50,758 bases of DNA from a bacterium (lineage in GTDB: Bacteria > Bdellovibrionota_C > UBA2361 > OMII01), in contig JAFMJG010000003.1 of the NCBI GenBank assembly GCA_017853605.1, forward strand, positions 1 to 50,758, in the 5' to 3' direction. Made by a program: the position numbers and the translations under genes. Positions within the stretch are counted from its first letter, which is position 1. Each line of letters opens with the position of its first letter. Positions 47,197 through 50,758 of this stretch are shown here, one piece after another. The notes beneath the pieces are model-generated. The model was not told the DNA's origin. It made no database searches and saw nothing but the letters and a program-made list of their open reading frames with translations.

Positions 47197-47700
47197 CTAC
47201 TGCCTCGGCAGCCGCTGGCTCTCTGCTGTGGCATTTGGAATTAGGTTGCCCACAACAATCGTTCCGCGCTGGTTGATGATGTAAATGGCGAAGGGCTTTT
47301 CTAGCCCCTGTGCGGTCTCAAAGGTGCGAAAGAATGCGAGACCCGGATCCCCCGCAGCATCACGGGTCGTGACGGTGGTGACCGTGTCGGTTAGCCGGGC
47401 AAAATCTGAGAAGAACGGGACGAAACGGGTCTCTATAATCTTGTCGATCGTCAGTCCGCCCTGGCTGCCATGCTTGATGGTCTCCTCGCTCAACATGCCC
47501 TGAAAGCACCGCACATCGCCCCTGACGAGGCACCCAACGGCCCGGTCAACGGCCTCGCTGTAACGGTCAGCCCGTCCAACATCAAGCTCATCGTCCTGAA
47601 CTGGAGCCTGGAGCGCGGTTGGCGTCGCAGCAGGCGCTGCTGCTGCAGCCGGCGGCCCTGCGAACACGAGCGCGGCAGCACATAGAGTTACACGTATCAT
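47197..47700 (-). CDS. hypothetical secreted protein
   Basis: Ala-rich signal peptide from ATG 47700; preceded by TTGCTA-N17-GATACT. Confidence 0.65.
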   Translation of the reverse strand: MIRVTLCAAALVFAGPPAAAAAPAATPTALQAPVQDDELDVGRADRYSEAVDRAVGCLVRGDVRCFQGMLSEETIKHGSQGGLTIDKIIETRFVPFFSDFARLTDTVTTVTTRDAAGDPGLAFFRTFETAQGLEKPFAIYIINQRGTIVVGNLIPNATAESQRLPRQ

Positions 47701-47793
47701 GCGCCCAAGTATCTGCCAGGGCTCCGGGCTTAGCAAGCGATGCTTGCGCCCGGCAGATCGAGCGCAACGCGCCAGCGAGGGGCATCGACGCCG

Positions 47794-50175
47794 CTAGTCA
47801 CGCACAAAGCGCTGCTCAAGCACGCGCGACTCGCTGTGCGCAACGGTCACCGTTTCGGCGCCAAATAGGGCTGAGAGCCGCAGCGGAACCGAGACCTGGG
47901 CGCGCACGCTCACGCTCTGCAGCGAGTGATTGTGGGTCGCCGATACGGTGAGGCAGTGTGCTGGTGACCTGCCAGAGCACGCTGGCTGCCAGCTCGCTTG
48001 GGGATAGGCGGCCTGCACAACGTCAGCGACGCGCCGCTGCGCCCGCTCTACAGACACTCCGTAGGGCTCACTCCGTGGGGCCGCTTGGCTAACCCGAATC
48101 GGGGTGATTGAGCAGCGCCCCGAGAAGCTGGAGCAACACGCCGCCGCCGCATCACCCGTAAGCAGGGAGCCGCACGAGCGCCGCGGGCCGGCCTTGTAGC
48201 TCGGCGTGGAAACGGTGCAGGGGTCTGCCGGAGGCTGCGGCAGGACGGAATCCTCTGCCGGCGCGGATCCCACCGAGATCTGAACCTGTCCAGGAACCCG
48301 GTGCCGGCGTCGATACTCCGCCTCTATATCGGGCGAAGGGCCGCACTTTGATTCCGGCAGGGGGCCAATGACGAGCCGCGGCGGAGAGTGGATCCTTGCC
48401 CGGCTGCACGAAGCGCCTGCCCCTGCATTCCACACATAGCGTGACACCTCTTGGGCATTTGGAGCTGCACACCCCGGCAGGGGCTGGGCGCTGCATCCGA
48501 GGCGGCGCTCCTCCCTGCCAGTCGCGTGCCGCTCGCAGGAAACGCGCACGACCACATCGCGGCCCGGCTGGAACTCAGGGTCCGCGCACCCTGGCGGCAG
48601 GGAGACTCCTCCCTCAACCTCCCGGCACTCCTGGCACCCCTTCAGGTGCTCGCGGAACGCTCCTCTGCACTGAACCCTTCGTCGAAGGGGCGCGCACAAC
48701 CCCCCTGGCCCTTCGCCATCGAGCTGGTAGAACTTCGTGGGCTGCAGCGCCTCGCCACGAGCTGCCTTCGCTGCGAGTCGGCTGAAGAGCTCGCCGGGAT
48801 CGCCCTGGAACCCCTCAGGAGGGGTCCGGGCGCAGGCTGTCTCATCCGTGGCGCGGCTCGTGGGCGCCCTGGCAGCATCAGATGTGGCAAAGAGGGGGCG
48901 CGGATGGCCAGCTTGCTCACATCGGGCCGGGTAAGGCGAGAGCGGGCACGGCACGCTCTCGGGCACGAATGCGAAGGAGGGATAGTAAAGCTCGAGCGCC
49001 TCACCCTGCCATGCAACCTGCCCCCCATTAAGGCTCACCAGATACGCATCCAGGTGCACCGTGGCATCTACCGGCACCAAGAGCTCTGAGCCATGCCGCG
49101 AGATCTCCTCGTGGTATGCACCGCCTGGGGGGCTATAGGGGGCTCGCGCGCTCTTGGCGATGTCATCGAGCGTGGCCCCCCGCACTACGAAGTTTCCGCT
49201 TCCGCCTTGCCCGATGAGCCTGCCCCCCAGCTCCTGCTTTTGCTCCTCCGTGCCCCTCTCCCACCGGATCGAGATGAGTGCCTTGCCCTGCGCCCCCCTG
49301 AGCGTTCCGCGCGTGCTGCCGGACACCCTCAGCATGAGCGGCACATAGAGCTGGCGATCACGCCACAGCTGCTGGCCAGCGCGATATGCGCACGCTGCCG
49401 GAGCCGGGCTTGCGGCCCAGTCAAGCCTAGGCGGCGCGGAACCGCGCACAAGCGTGCCAGCGTAACAAGGGATCCGAATGCCGTGCGCGCCCTCAAGTGA
49501 CTGGATCACAGCCACGTCCTGCTCGCGAGTCGCCCACGCATCAGCGAGCCGAAAGCGCACCGAGCCGATCTTAAACTGGGGCTCAAATCCTCCCTGACTC
49601 CCAACGAGCGAGGCCCTGGTCTTGCCGCTGACAGCTCTCAGGTCGACCGTCTTGTGGGGAGCCACTGGGCGGTGAAATATGCGGTCGCGGAACTCCGGCG
49701 CAAGCGGATCCGAGCCTCCAACCAGCGGAAGCTCTCGCTGCTGAAGGATATGCGGATGGTGCCCCTGAACCGGAAAGAGCACCTCGTGGATCCGGTAACG
49801 GTCGCGCGCCAAGTCAACCTCCGCGACAGAGATGCGCTCCTCCTCGAGCGGGATCGCAAGCTCCGGCTCCGTCATCCATGACGCGCTCGCGCTCCACGTT
49901 GCGTTCCTGACTAGGTACGATGCAGCCTCATCCCACACATCGACGTTGTAGCGCATGAGGGAGGGGGAGAGCTGCTCAGGGATGCTCTGCGAGCACGCTG
50001 CGTCAGTTGGGTAGAGGCACCGCACCCCCTCTCGAACGCCAGCCCGAACCGCGCTTCGGGCGTGAAAGATGCGCGCCACATCAGAAGCGCCAACCAGGAA
50101 GAAGCTCACGCCGAAAACGACGAAGGCCGCCTCTAGGAGGTAGTGTCCACGGGTCCGGGATGGAGGCGAGCGCAT
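47794..50175 (-). CDS. very large TadE-like pseudopilin with Cys-rich insertion
   Basis: RG|HYLLEAAFVV, hydrophobic helix, AGVREGVR; C-terminal VSVRAQVSVPL...F...VTVAHSESRVLE; 24 Cys. Confidence 0.7.
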   Translation of the reverse strand: MRSPPSRTRGHYLLEAAFVVFGVSFFLVGASDVARIFHARSAVRAGVREGVRCLYPTDAACSQSIPEQLSPSLMRYNVDVWDEAASYLVRNATWSASASWMTEPELAIPLEEERISVAEVDLARDRYRIHEVLFPVQGHHPHILQQRELPLVGGSDPLAPEFRDRIFHRPVAPHKTVDLRAVSGKTRASLVGSQGGFEPQFKIGSVRFRLADAWATREQDVAVIQSLEGAHGIRIPCYAGTLVRGSAPPRLDWAASPAPAACAYRAGQQLWRDRQLYVPLMLRVSGSTRGTLRGAQGKALISIRWERGTEEQKQELGGRLIGQGGSGNFVVRGATLDDIAKSARAPYSPPGGAYHEEISRHGSELLVPVDATVHLDAYLVSLNGGQVAWQGEALELYYPSFAFVPESVPCPLSPYPARCEQAGHPRPLFATSDAARAPTSRATDETACARTPPEGFQGDPGELFSRLAAKAARGEALQPTKFYQLDGEGPGGLCAPLRRRVQCRGAFREHLKGCQECREVEGGVSLPPGCADPEFQPGRDVVVRVSCERHATGREERRLGCSAQPLPGCAAPNAQEVSRYVWNAGAGASCSRARIHSPPRLVIGPLPESKCGPSPDIEAEYRRRHRVPGQVQISVGSAPAEDSVLPQPPADPCTVSTPSYKAGPRRSCGSLLTGDAAAACCSSFSGRCSITPIRVSQAAPRSEPYGVSVERAQRRVADVVQAAYPQASWQPACSGRSPAHCLTVSATHNHSLQSVSVRAQVSVPLRLSALFGAETVTVAHSESRVLEQRFVRD

Positions 50176-50303
50176 CACGAGTCTCCAGGGATAGCGCAGG
50201 GCACGGCCGGTAATGGGCCTGCACACTATGAGCCCTGTAGCCCACTTTCAAATGAAAAATTTGAGAAGCCGACCCAAGCCTACAGATCGGCACACCGGTC
50301 CCC

Positions 50304-50758
50304 TCACTGGGGAGGGACGAGAAGCGGGGTTCCCTGGAGGAAGTCATCCATCCCCTCGCGCCAGAGGCAGTACACGTCGCCGTCATCGCCGCCGGTGGTG
50401 ACAACGCACGGCTCACCGTGGCGATCGAGCGCATGGATGATGACTGGGCCGAGGTACCCCCCTTTGAGTTCCCGCAGATCGCCGATCGCCTCGTGGCACG
50501 CCTCGGATACTGATGCGCCCCGCTTCATGTAGAGCACAACCGAACGGGCAGTGCCCGCGCGGATCGTCATCTCTCCGGTGTGGGTGCAGGCAGCTCCACC
50601 GTACCGGTTGTCAACGTACATCCCAGCGCCAACCACAGGAGAGTCGCCAAGACGGCCCGGATACTTGTAGGCCCAGCCTGAAGTGCTGACACCTCCGTAC
50701 AAATGACCATTCCTCTCCCTGACGAGAAAGGTCACGGTGCCCTTCGAGAGGTCCGGCT
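50304..50758 (-). CDS. Ntn-hydrolase, asparaginase-2/glycosylasparaginase family, 5' partial
   Basis: KG|TVTFL nucleophile position, GVSTSGWAYKYPGRLGDSPVVGAGMY, CTHTGE. Confidence 0.9.
   Translation of the reverse strand, partial: PDLSKGTVTFLVRERNGHLYGGVSTSGWAYKYPGRLGDSPVVGAGMYVDNRYGGAACTHTGEMTIRAGTARSVVLYMKRGASVSEACHEAIGDLRELKGGYLGPVIIHALDRHGEPCVVTTGGDDGDVYCLWREGMDDFLQGTPLLVPPQ

Overview
GC-rich (roughly 63-65% by eye) bacterial chromosomal window with about 42 genes. I found no rRNA, tRNA, CRISPR array or recognisable mobile element. The gatA-gatB-DUF4911-ppiD context suggests a deltaproteobacteria-like lineage such as Bdellovibrionota or Myxococcota (inference only). The centrepiece is a tightly packed 14-kb redox locus (15853-29684) of six co-oriented genes plus one divergent gene: (1) an FAD/NAD(P)H oxidoreductase fused to two cyclic-nucleotide-binding domains and a 4x[4Fe-4S] domain; (2) a membrane protein with two H-X13-H helices, resembling the NOX/ferric-reductase di-heme b module; (3) an FHA-TM-decaheme cytochrome; (4) a tandem HbpS/GlcG lipoprotein; (5) a large beta-barrel; (6) a secreted decaheme cytochrome with LVIVD repeats; (7) a divergent c554-like multiheme cytochrome. 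Together they read as a candidate cNMP-gated electron conduit running from the cytoplasm to the cell surface. An SH3-M48-CHASE2 adenylate cyclase module lies within 5-10 kb. Other notable items: a FASTK-like HPR+RAP protein, a eukaryote-type hexokinase beside nagB, two genes that seem to need non-canonical start codons (ATC, ATA), an orphan flagellin behind a highly structured ~200-nt leader, a four-gene minor-pilin cluster, and a giant Cys-rich TadE-like pilin. All calls come from reading motifs; no database searches were run.
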